64,000 nucleotides of DNA, from NCBI GenBank assembly GCA_947623945.1, contig CANQHU010000001.1, positions 15,705-79,704 on the forward strand, given 5' to 3'. Shown here piece by piece: positions 52,184-59,628 of this stretch. The notes under the pieces are model-generated. The model had not been told where the DNA came from, did no database searches, and saw only the letters and a list, made by a program, of their open reading frames with translations. Position 1 is the stretch's first letter. Every line of letters begins with the position of its first letter. The translations under genes and the position numbers were made by a program. This DNA is from an uncultured Clostridia bacterium (GTDB taxonomy: Bacteria; Bacillota; Clostridia; TANB77; CAG-508).

Positions 52184-52444
52184 ATGAAGAAATTAACAGC
52201 AATTACAAAGAAGGTTTTAATGAACACTATCGCAGAAGAGAATCTGGGCGAGTTTATCGACGATACGAAGAACATCATCAAAGAGCCGAACAAGATGGCA
52301 ATCGGTAAGACAAAGGCCGGAAACTTCATTGTCTATGAAACCAAAGAGAATGGGAAGATGAAGAATATGTCTGTCCATCCAACCCATCAGTTAGCTTGGG
52401 GTATGATGTTACGGCGTCTTCGGGAACAGGCAGCAAACGCGTAA
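52184..52444 (+). CDS. Small protein (86 aa), paralog of 51778-52053
   Basis: ORF track. SD ttaggaggtatggattATG. Confidence 0.6.
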   Translation: MKKLTAITKKVLMNTIAEENLGEFIDDTKNIIKEPNKMAIGKTKAGNFIVYETKENGKMKNMSVHPTHQLAWGMMLRRLREQAANA

Positions 52445-52451
52445 TACAAAA

Positions 52452-52490
52452 GGGTCAGTGATTTTCACTGGCCCTTTTCTTTTTTTTTCG
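52452..52490 (+). terminator. Intrinsic terminator GGGTCAGTG-atttt-CACTGGCCC + T run
   Basis: Read directly. Confidence 0.55.
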
Positions 52491-52526
52491 TGGTTTTTAA
52501 AACATATCTATATGAGGGGGTAAAAA

Positions 52527-52691
52527 ATGCGAAACGATGCAATTAGAATGTCAATTATCATTTGTATGATACAATATCTCTTTCTATTTCTTTTCTATCA
52601 TTTGCTGTCAACAGAAATGTATGCCGGAATTCTAATTGGTATGGTCATTGGGCTCATCAACTCTATCACGCAAGAAAAACTTAAGGGGTGA
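52527..52691 (+). CDS. Small hydrophobic peptide (54 aa), two predicted TM segments
   Basis: My translation is MRNDAIRMSIIICMIQYLFLFLFYHLLSTEMYAGILIGMVIGLINSITQEKLKG. SD gagggggtaaaaaATG. It is below the ORF-track cutoff. Confidence 0.4.
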   Translation: MRNDAIRMSIIICMIQYLFLFLFYHLLSTEMYAGILIGMVIGLINSITQEKLKG

Positions 52692-52696
52692 TTTTT

Positions 52697-52837
52697 ATGT
52701 TAAATGGATTACAACAAGCATGGGAAACGGTCACAAAATCCAAACCAAACGAGGTTATTTCAAATTTGGAGCAGTTACAGCCATCCGACGGCGTGCGTTT
52801 GGTATTGTTATTTGCACAGGAGTTTCAGAACAAATAA
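52697..52837 (+). CDS. Small ORF (46 aa)
   Basis: My translation is MLNGLQQAWETVTKSKPNEVISNLEQLQPSDGVRLVLLFAQEFQNK. SD aaggggtg, and a terminator follows directly. The overlapping track ORFs 52636-52890 and the 5' part of 52704-53294 run through that terminator. Confidence 0.35.
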   Translation: MLNGLQQAWETVTKSKPNEVISNLEQLQPSDGVRLVLLFAQEFQNK

Positions 52838-52868
52838 GGCCAGTGCATCACACTGGTCTGTTTTTTTT
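52838..52868 (+). terminator. Intrinsic terminator GGCCAGTG-catca-CACTGGTC + T8
   Basis: Read directly. Confidence 0.55.
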
Positions 52869-52886
52869 ATTAGAAAGGAGACAATC

Positions 52887-53294
52887 ATGATACGGATAAC
52901 AAGTATGAAAAATGTAGGCACAAGCGGCGAGGTCTGGGCCATTGTGCGAAGTTTAAAAAATCCTAAACCGGGAATGAAACAGGTAAAAGCCTTAAGTCCA
53001 AGCTGGAATTTATTTCAGGCATATCGGAAAGCGAAGGACGCAGGCCAATTTAATGCAGACTGGTTTGCGGCACATTATGTGCCTCAGTTTTTGGAAGAAC
53101 TGAAAGCAAACGAGGAAGCAAAGCAATTATTAAATGAGTTGGCAGCGCGGGAAGACAACATTACGCTCTGCTGTTTTTGTACAGACGAGACACTTTGTCA
53201 TCGGAGTATCATCGGCGGATTGCTGGAGGCTATGGGTGCGACAGTACGCTATGATAGCAGTCAGTCATACAAACATTATGCAGATTTATTATAA
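52887..53294 (+). CDS. DUF488-family protein (135 aa)
   Basis: ORF track 52704-53294. ATG M62 has SD aaaggagacaatcATG. LSPSWNLFQAY...ITLCCFCTDETLCHRSIIGGLL matches the DUF488 pattern (LaPs..L...Y...LlC.e....CHR). Confidence 0.6.
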   Translation: MIRITSMKNVGTSGEVWAIVRSLKNPKPGMKQVKALSPSWNLFQAYRKAKDAGQFNADWFAAHYVPQFLEELKANEEAKQLLNELAAREDNITLCCFCTDETLCHRSIIGGLLEAMGATVRYDSSQSYKHYADLL

Positions 53295-53450
53295 GAAGGG
53301 AGAATACGATGGAATTTACGGGAGTACCTATGATGATTTATTGACTGCCGTGGAAGACCACATTTGTGAGCTGTTAGAGCGGCATCAGACAAATACCGAA
53401 ATAATTCGTGATGAATTTTCGGGAAATGCATAAGAAAGGGAGGACTTACG

Positions 53451-53705
53451 ATGTTATTTGAATATAGCAAAGAAAAATCAGAAACCATTATCAATCATAT
53501 GTTTCAGGAATTAATAGAAAGCCGGACAAACGCACATATGAACCGCATACAGGAGGGTATCTGTCCCTATGCAGTTTCTCATATGGAACGGCCGGAAGAG
53601 GAAAATTGCACGGATATCGAATGCTGGGAGTGCAGGAATACCTATCGGGAGCGTTATGCCCAGACAGTAAAAGAAGCGTTGACGAAAGAATTGCAGGCAT
53701 TATAG
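53451..53705 (+). CDS. Small Cys-containing protein (84 aa)
   Basis: ORF track. SD aagggaggacttacgATG. Motif CPYAVSH...CTDIECWEC. Confidence 0.5.
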   Translation: MLFEYSKEKSETIINHMFQELIESRTNAHMNRIQEGICPYAVSHMERPEEENCTDIECWECRNTYRERYAQTVKEALTKELQAL

Positions 53706-53718
53706 AGGGAGGATACCT

Positions 53719-54183
53719 ATGATAAATCTACTACTGATGAGCTTATTATTGGGAGAACCCATGATAAAACCCGATATGATTGAATCTCTGGTTCAGCCGG
53801 TGCTGGCTCAGATGGAACAGGAGGCAAAGCGGCTGGCAGAAGAAGAGAAAGAAGAAGCGTTTGTGCTTCCACCGGAGGCGTTGGACCCCACGCTTGGCGT
53901 CACTTGGTATCAGGGTCATTATGAAACTTATTACAACCTACCGATGGACCAAGTGGTTCGGAATATGGCTGACCGGGGCACGGAATATGAAAATCCGGAG
54001 ATTACCGTTCGGGAGGACGGCATGAAATTATTCAATGGACTCATTATGGTAGCGGCGGATACCAATCGTCTGCCTTATGGAACTTTAGTAGAAACTTCCA
54101 GAGGACCGGGCATCGTAGTTGACCATTGCGCGTCAGCAGCGTCCGTGGATTATATCTGGTATGATTTGGCCGTGACTTGGTAG
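53719..54183 (+). CDS. 3D-domain (RlpA-like double-psi beta-barrel) protein (154 aa), probable peptidoglycan-acting
   Basis: N-terminal hydrophobic segment. GLIMVAADTNRLPYGTLVETSRGPGIVVDHCASAASVDYIWYDL resembles the 3D-domain consensus (vAvD...p.Gt.v.i.g.G...v.D.G......iDi). Confidence 0.45.
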   Translation: MINLLLMSLLLGEPMIKPDMIESLVQPVLAQMEQEAKRLAEEEKEEAFVLPPEALDPTLGVTWYQGHYETYYNLPMDQVVRNMADRGTEYENPEITVREDGMKLFNGLIMVAADTNRLPYGTLVETSRGPGIVVDHCASAASVDYIWYDLAVTW

Positions 54184-54213
54184 AAGAGGGAACCATCCCT
54201 CTTCTTTTTTTTT
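54183..54213 (+). terminator. Intrinsic terminator AGAAGAGGG-aaccat-CCCTCTTCT + T run
   Basis: Read directly. Confidence 0.6.
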
Positions 54214-54289
54214 CGTGGTTTTTTGATTTGAAAAATGAGATGAATTTCATTTACCCACCATGAAGTTTACAAACGGACAACCATCTTGC

Positions 54290-56250
54290 TACTGCGACTG
54301 CTGAAGCCATATTCTGATTGGAATATCAATATGCGTATTAGGAATAATCATATTCCTTTTGGAATATCAATATGCGTGTAAGGAATGAAACATCACCATT
54401 CGGTGGTGAATTCGGAATCTTCTTATTCCTGCTGGAAATATTTTATCAACCGCGTTGATATCCTATCAACAGCGTCAATGTAATTGTCCCGCTGCCGCAG
54501 GGAGGAAAAGGGAACCAAAGAGACAAACATTCTCTTTTATTTGCTATGATGGGAGGTCTCTATACAAAAAGGGAATAAAAAGGGACGAAAATTATCTTAT
54601 TTGTACGAAAAGGGAACCAAAGGGACGAAAAGGGACAAAGGATACCAAAAGGGAACCAAAGGGACAAAAAGTGCAATCGAACACCAGTTCCTCTGAACAC
54701 CAGTTCGACCTCAAACAGCGGGCCCGCGGGAACCGAGGAACTCGAATCGAGGAACTCGAATCGAGGAACTCGAATCGAGGAACTCGATATCTTCTGCCTG
54801 AGGCAGAGAAATCTTCTCCATTTCTCGTGAAGAAAAGAAGAATCTTCTCTTTGGAGGAGGAAGTAGATGCATATTCTCTTTGGAAGCAGAGGTAGAAGTA
54901 TTCTCTTTTGCAGGTATTTGGAGTATTCTCTATCTACTCTATTTTATTATGATTCTCAATCTTTGCGGGTATTTGGAGTATTCTCTATTTGTTCTATTTT
55001 CTCTATATATACTTTTTTGCGGGTATTTGGAGTATTCTCTATCCGCTATGTTTTCTTACTATTCTCAATCTTTGCGGGTATTTAAAGTATTCTCTATCCG
55101 CTATGCTTTCTCTATATATACTTTCTTTGCGGTTATTTAGAATATTCTCTATCCGCTACATCTCGCTATATAGCATTTTGTAGCAAGTGTTCAGAAGTCT
55201 TCTATCTGCTCTATTTTTTTATATATACTTTCTTTGCGGGTATTTGAAATATTCTCTATCTTGATAACATATAACATCTTGTAGGTTAGTCATCATCTGT
55301 ATCTCCTCCGGGTTTTGCGGGTGGTAGAAAGACCCTGCAAGGTAGAGACCTTAAGAGGCTAAGACGCTGAGATATCCAGACCTTAAGACTTTGAGACATT
55401 AAGACGGCCAGAGACTGAGACCTTGAGACGGCCAGACTATAAGACCTTGAGACGCCCAAAGGCTGAGACAGCCAGAGGAGGAGACCTTGAGACGCCCAGA
55501 GACCAGCAGGGAGTGAGAGGGAGAAGAGGGGAAGAAGAGAGAGGAGAAATGAGTAAAAAGTACCAAAAAGGGAACCAAAGGGACGAAAAGGGACAAAAAG
55601 GGAGGATAAATAATAGCTATCTCGGGAACCCTTGCAGTTACTGGGTTTTCTACCCTTTTCCGGGGTCTTGTTTGCGGTGATTTGGTACTAATAAAGGAGG
55701 CAAAATGACCAAAAAGGGACGAAAAGGGACAAAAAGGGACGGAAAAGAGATGACAGGTAGGAGGCTTTGGGAAGGAGGGGCAAATAAGTGGGTAATTTTG
55801 CCCTAATTTAGTTGACATAATATTGGAATGTAACCACAAAGGGACAAATAAGGACGAAAAGGGATAAATAGAGAACAAAAGGAGCTATTGCACTTGGCGT
55901 GTGAAGGTAAGTGGGGCTACCGGAGAGGAGAAAAGAGGGACAAAAGAGGATAAAAAGGGAACAAAAGGGATTGAAAGAGAGGGAAAAACCCCTAAAGGGA
56001 CGAAAAGGAGATATTGGTGCCATTTTTGCGGAAAATGCAACATCTGGAGGGGTATATCAGAGGCGAATCGGGGTGGTTTGGTGACTGATGAGGGCGTGTG
56101 TGTAATTTGGGGCGTGTAGAGGATATCGTTGGCGAGCGGGGCGTGTAAACATCAGTGCTGGAGGGTGTGTGAGAGGAGGGGGAAGAGCATAAGGGAAAAT
56201 TGGTGTTTCAACCAATTTCACAACCCTCTTTCTCTTTCGTTTGATGTGTG
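54290..56250. repeat. ~2-kb non-coding island packed with at least seven short-repeat families
   Basis: Families seen: ggaatatcaatatgcgt x2 (54320, 54361). Palindrome TATCAAC-cgc-GTTGATA (54445-54461). AAAGGGA(A/C)(C/G/A)AAA, more than 20 copies in five clusters. tcgaacaccagttc...gaacaccagttcga (54675-54712). gaggaactcgaatc x4 at 14-bp period (54735-54790). gcgggtatttggagtattctctat x6-7 at ~55-bp period (54908-55260). (c)cttgagacg(g/c)cca x~8 (55340-55500). ggggcgtgt x4 (56090-56170). The track ORFs here are low-complexity artefacts. Confidence 0.75.
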
Positions 56251-56289
56251 ATATAATAAGAGCAAACGAAGAGAAAGGAGCATGAGGAA

Positions 56290-56634
56290 ATGGAAGAAAA
56301 ATTAGCAGCCATGCGAAACTACTTTGGAAAATCTTCCGGCACAGAAATCAATCAACGATTACAAGCTATGTCTAAGGAAGAGTTACAGACCCTCTATCAT
56401 AAGTTTGGACTTCTTCCGGTCATTACCTATTTTCAAGGAAAGACCATGGGAGAGGATATCAAGGGCTTTGTCCGATATATGGATAACTATTTAATTGAGT
56501 GTTCCGGTGGAAACCGACAGAATCTCATTCGTCTGGGGGAGGAGTTGACAGGGCAGTCTATCAAGGGGAACTCACTACGGATTATCCGGTCTGAAATTAT
56601 TTCCCATTATTTGCGGAAGTGTGAAAATCGGTAA
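56290..56634 (+). CDS. Hypothetical protein (114 aa)
   Basis: ORF track. SD gaaaggag 9 nt upstream. Confidence 0.5.
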   Translation: MEEKLAAMRNYFGKSSGTEINQRLQAMSKEELQTLYHKFGLLPVITYFQGKTMGEDIKGFVRYMDNYLIECSGGNRQNLIRLGEELTGQSIKGNSLRIIRSEIISHYLRKCENR

Positions 56635-56641
56635 TTGTTTT

Positions 56642-56694
56642 TTTTTCGTTTGCCTACGCAAACGAAAAATTTTGGGGCTTTGCCCCAAACCCCA
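56642..56694 (+). repeat. Two-hairpin module copy 3
   Basis: TTTTTCGTTTGC-ctac-GCAAACGAAAAA, t, TTTGGGGC-ttt-GCCCCAAA, CCCCA. Confidence 0.5.
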
Positions 56695-56787
56695 TTTCAT
56701 TGATGATATGTTTTTCTTTTTTTTTAAAGAGGCGTATCCGAATATACCCCTTAAATACCCCCTAAGTCGTGAAGGAGTCGTAGCTTT

Positions 56788-56838
56788 TCCGAAATTGTAC
56801 CAATTTCGGAGAGGCTGGGGCGTCCCGCCCCAATCCCC
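56788..56838 (+). repeat. Two-hairpin module copy 4
   Basis: TCCGAAATTG-tac-CAATTTCGGA, gaggc, TGGGGCG-tcc-CGCCCCA, at, CCCCA. Confidence 0.5.
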
Positions 56839-56883
56839 AAAACATTTATAAAATAAAAAAAATTTAAAGAAAGGGTGAGTACA

Positions 56884-57123
56884 ATGTTAGAGGTATTTCG
56901 TAAAATTGCAAAAGTAAATAGCAACAAGTGGTCTACATTAAGCACAGGGGAAAAGGCTTTGAAAGTTGTGCTTATCGCTTTAAAAGTCGGTTTGATAGTA
57001 GCCTTGGGCTTATTAGCAGTTGTAGTAGCATTATCCTTCTATGTAGCAAAAGAAATTTGCAATGGTTGGGTTGACGCTGCAAACTATTGTTATTATAAAA
57101 GTGAAACCAAGAATTGGTGGTAA
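56884..57123 (+). CDS. Small membrane protein (79 aa)
   Basis: ORF track 56875 (GTG); ATG at M4. TM ALKVVLIALKVGLIVALGLLAVVVALSFYV. Confidence 0.45.
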   Translation: MLEVFRKIAKVNSNKWSTLSTGEKALKVVLIALKVGLIVALGLLAVVVALSFYVAKEICNGWVDAANYCYYKSETKNWW

Positions 57124-57254
57124 AAGAGAAGAGAAACGGTATGGAGGGGTTTCCTTCATACCGTTTATTTTTTTTCCTGATTTTTTGACAAAACAAAACG
57201 GAGCCAATAGAAAAGATGTTATAATAGAAGAAAACGATGAAAGGAGCGTTGCCT

Positions 57255-58058
57255 ATGGGTGTGCATTTAGGACGCTACCGTACCGTGAAAAGTCTTCGAC
57301 GGGGAGACATCATTAATATAGATGTCCCATATGAAGAAAACACCAGAGACTATTATAATGGGTATACGGCAGAACAAATCAGAGGACATCGGTTTACCAA
57401 TCGTTGGGGAGAATCCTATAAAAACCGCATGGTGATTTTTATCGGACGAGACAACGACATCGTGTATTATTTGCCGTTGACCAGTCAGAGTTCTTCTGAA
57501 TATGATACCTATCACCAATATCCATTAAAGGATAACTCGATGACGCCACACAAAGACCCCAATTTAAAATCCTATGTAGAAATGGATTCCTTACGGACAC
57601 TTTCCATTCCCGTGGAAAAGGCAGTTCCCTATACAGGGCGTCTGGCGAAAGAGGATTTTCATAATGTGATTCATCGGTTAGCGAACAAGACCTTGCAACT
57701 GAGTTCCAAACGAGACGCCAGAGGATATGTGCCTGATTATATGGTAGAAACCTTTGAATCCGAATTGGAACAACAAGGGTATGTCCGTCACGAACGGGAA
57801 GACCGTGTATTATATATTAAAGAGAATAAAAGCATTACCCGTACCAAATACGGAATGGTTCACTATCATGTAGAATTATCAAAACAGAAAGTACGAGAAA
57901 TGGTCAGCCGCCGAGAGGGACATGATATAGCAAAAGAAATCAGACGGCCAAGACCACAAGGAAGAAAAGCCCCACATTCCGTGGATAACGACTTTTCCAA
58001 TTCCATAGAACAATTATCACAGAAAGGTGGAAATTATGCGTATGCAAACTCTGGTTAA
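57255..58058 (+). CDS. Protein with MazF/PemK-like N-terminal domain + ~110-aa basic C-terminal extension (267 aa)
   Basis: ORF track 57237-58058. ATG M7 has SD aaaggag. RRGDIINIDVPYEE...NRMVIFIGRDNDIVYYLPLTSQ...SYVEMDSLRTLSIPVEKAVPYTGRLAKEDFHNVIHRL follows the PemK pattern (GDI..v.f......RP.vV......v...PlTs....S.v....l.tid..r....G.l....v...l). Confidence 0.4.
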   Translation: MGVHLGRYRTVKSLRRGDIINIDVPYEENTRDYYNGYTAEQIRGHRFTNRWGESYKNRMVIFIGRDNDIVYYLPLTSQSSSEYDTYHQYPLKDNSMTPHKDPNLKSYVEMDSLRTLSIPVEKAVPYTGRLAKEDFHNVIHRLANKTLQLSSKRDARGYVPDYMVETFESELEQQGYVRHEREDRVLYIKENKSITRTKYGMVHYHVELSKQKVREMVSRREGHDIAKEIRRPRPQGRKAPHSVDNDFSNSIEQLSQKGGNYAYANSG

Positions 58059-58416
58059 TGGAATCATAAAAACAAAAGACGGCTTTGCCGTGAAAAACTT
58101 TACCGACCCCGATACCGTCATTGAGATAGGAACCTTATCCTTTGACAACTATCCGCAGGCCGTACATTATCTGGCAAACCTGTTATATCCCGAAAGTTAT
58201 CGTTCGTATTTGTTAGCGGTGGAAAAAATCACACCCAATCGCGATACTTGGAACAACTTAATCTTTCTGGGAACCTCAAAAGGCTTGTATGATTATGAGC
58301 AGAAATGTTACAAATCGGCAAGACAGTTGGATATGAGTGCAGCCAGTGAAGTCGAAGTAGCCTATGTGGAGGCATTACATTCCACATATGAGAGCATCCA
58401 AGCCATGATTCAGTGA
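58036..58416 (+). CDS. Hypothetical protein (126 aa) overlapping the 3' end of the MazF-like gene by ~23 nt
   Basis: ORF track 58027 (GTG). ATG M4 has SD aaaggtgg. Confidence 0.45.
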   Translation: MRMQTLVNGIIKTKDGFAVKNFTDPDTVIEIGTLSFDNYPQAVHYLANLLYPESYRSYLLAVEKITPNRDTWNNLIFLGTSKGLYDYEQKCYKSARQLDMSAASEVEVAYVEALHSTYESIQAMIQ

Positions 58417-58511
58417 CCTCATTGCCTCTGGCACCGTGTTGTGTCAGAGGTATTTTTGTGTTACAATAGTGTTAGATGAATAACACTAATCGAACAGAAA
58501 GGAGTAGCACG

Positions 58512-58964
58512 ATGAGAGTACCAATTTCGTTTTCCTTGCATCGGAGTACCAAAGGCTCCAAAGGACTATCGGTAGGAAATGAAATGATAAATGCCAACGA
58601 CCGGTTGCATTTTCGGACAAAAGCGGCTTTGACCGACTTTTTACGACAAAAGGCAACGGAGACGGCAATGGAAATTTTAGGAAATTTACAGGAACCGCTG
58701 TTTACAGAGGAACATCCATGTTGCCTGTTCGTAGAGGTTTGTCCGCCAAGTAACCGAAGAATGGATACGCCAAACTGGTATCCCACGGTCAAAGCCTTAA
58801 TTGACGGATTGGTGGACGCCAAGGTCTTAAGCGACGATAACGACAAAATCATTCGTTCGACGACTTTTCTGCCCAGAGGGCATTGTACGCCGGACAAACA
58901 ATATCAGGTTCACTTGATTTTTTGTGATAAAGAATCACTGCAATCCGAGTGGAATATCTTATGA
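58512..58964 (+). CDS. rusA: RusA-family Holliday-junction resolvase (150 aa)
   Basis: ORF track 58476-58964. ATG M13 has SD gaaaggag. INANDRLHFRTKAALTDFLRQKA ... RRMDTPNWYPTVKALIDGLVDAKVLSDDNDKII matches the RusA catalytic-core pattern (D.dN..K...D.L.....i.DD..v). Confidence 0.55.
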   Translation: MRVPISFSLHRSTKGSKGLSVGNEMINANDRLHFRTKAALTDFLRQKATETAMEILGNLQEPLFTEEHPCCLFVEVCPPSNRRMDTPNWYPTVKALIDGLVDAKVLSDDNDKIIRSTTFLPRGHCTPDKQYQVHLIFCDKESLQSEWNIL

Positions 58965-58980
58965 AAGGGGACAATAACAA

Positions 58981-59628
58981 ATGCCGGATTTAAGTTGGGA
59001 GCAGTTAGCCCATGAGCAAGACAAGGCTTCCGGATTGACGAAGAGTATTGTGGCCGGATTGGACGAGGCAGGACGAGGCCCGTTTGCCGGTCCATTGATT
59101 GCTGCGGCGGTTATCCTGCCGGAAATGGTCAATTTACCGGGGATTACCGACAGCAAACAGATAGAAAAACGATTTCATCAATCTTATGCCAAACGCATTA
59201 TCGAACAGGCGGTTGCCGTCGGTATCGGTGTGGCAGATGTGGAATATATCAATCAGTACGGCGTGGGAGCTGCCAACCGCTATGCGTTGGAACTGGCAGT
59301 CAAAGACTTAGCCGTGACCCCAACCCATTTATTGATTGACGGAGGCCCACAGCAAAAGATACAGAGTGAGATTCCCCAGATACAGATTACCAAAGGGGAT
59401 ACCAAATCATTATCCATCGCCGCCGCATCCATCGTGGCAAAGAGCATTCATGATGAATTAATGCGGGGCTATGCCAAAGAATTTCCGCAATACAACTGGG
59501 AGAAAAACGCCGGATACGGCACTCCGGACCATTTTGAGGCGTTGCGGAAATATGGAATTTGCAAATATCACCGGACCAGTTTTCGTCCGATTCAAAAAAT
59601 CATGCAGGAAAGGGGGCAAAAACAGTGA
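58981..59628 (+). CDS. rnhB: Ribonuclease HII (215 aa)
   Basis: VAGLDEAGRGPFAGPLIAAAVIL...ITDSKQ...ADVEYINQ...KGDTKSLSIAAASIVAK are canonical RNase HII motifs. Confidence 0.85.
   Translation: MPDLSWEQLAHEQDKASGLTKSIVAGLDEAGRGPFAGPLIAAAVILPEMVNLPGITDSKQIEKRFHQSYAKRIIEQAVAVGIGVADVEYINQYGVGAANRYALELAVKDLAVTPTHLLIDGGPQQKIQSEIPQIQITKGDTKSLSIAAASIVAKSIHDELMRGYAKEFPQYNWEKNAGYGTPDHFEALRKYGICKYHRTSFRPIQKIMQERGQKQ

Noticed and set aside
53278-53433. 51-aa ORF (MQIYYKKGEYDG...) overlapping the end of the DUF488 gene
   Set aside because: It has no SD, and its start lies inside the preceding gene. It may be real but is not supportable, so it is left out of the feature list.
54908-55260. CRISPR-like array: a ~25-bp repeat gcgggtatttggagtattctctat recurring every ~55 bp
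   Set aside because: The spacers are not unique. They alternate between two related sequences (...attctcaatcttt and ...ctctatatatactttcttt), giving a ~110-bp higher-order tandem repeat. The repeats are degenerate, there is no leader and there are no cas genes in the window.
54455-56119. Track ORFs 54455-54895, 54867-55183, 55399-55878, 55423-55680, 55808-56023 and 55901-56119
   Set aside because: They are low-complexity translations of the repeat island (KREPKGRKGTK, GIWSILY repeats), mutually overlapping and without an SD context.
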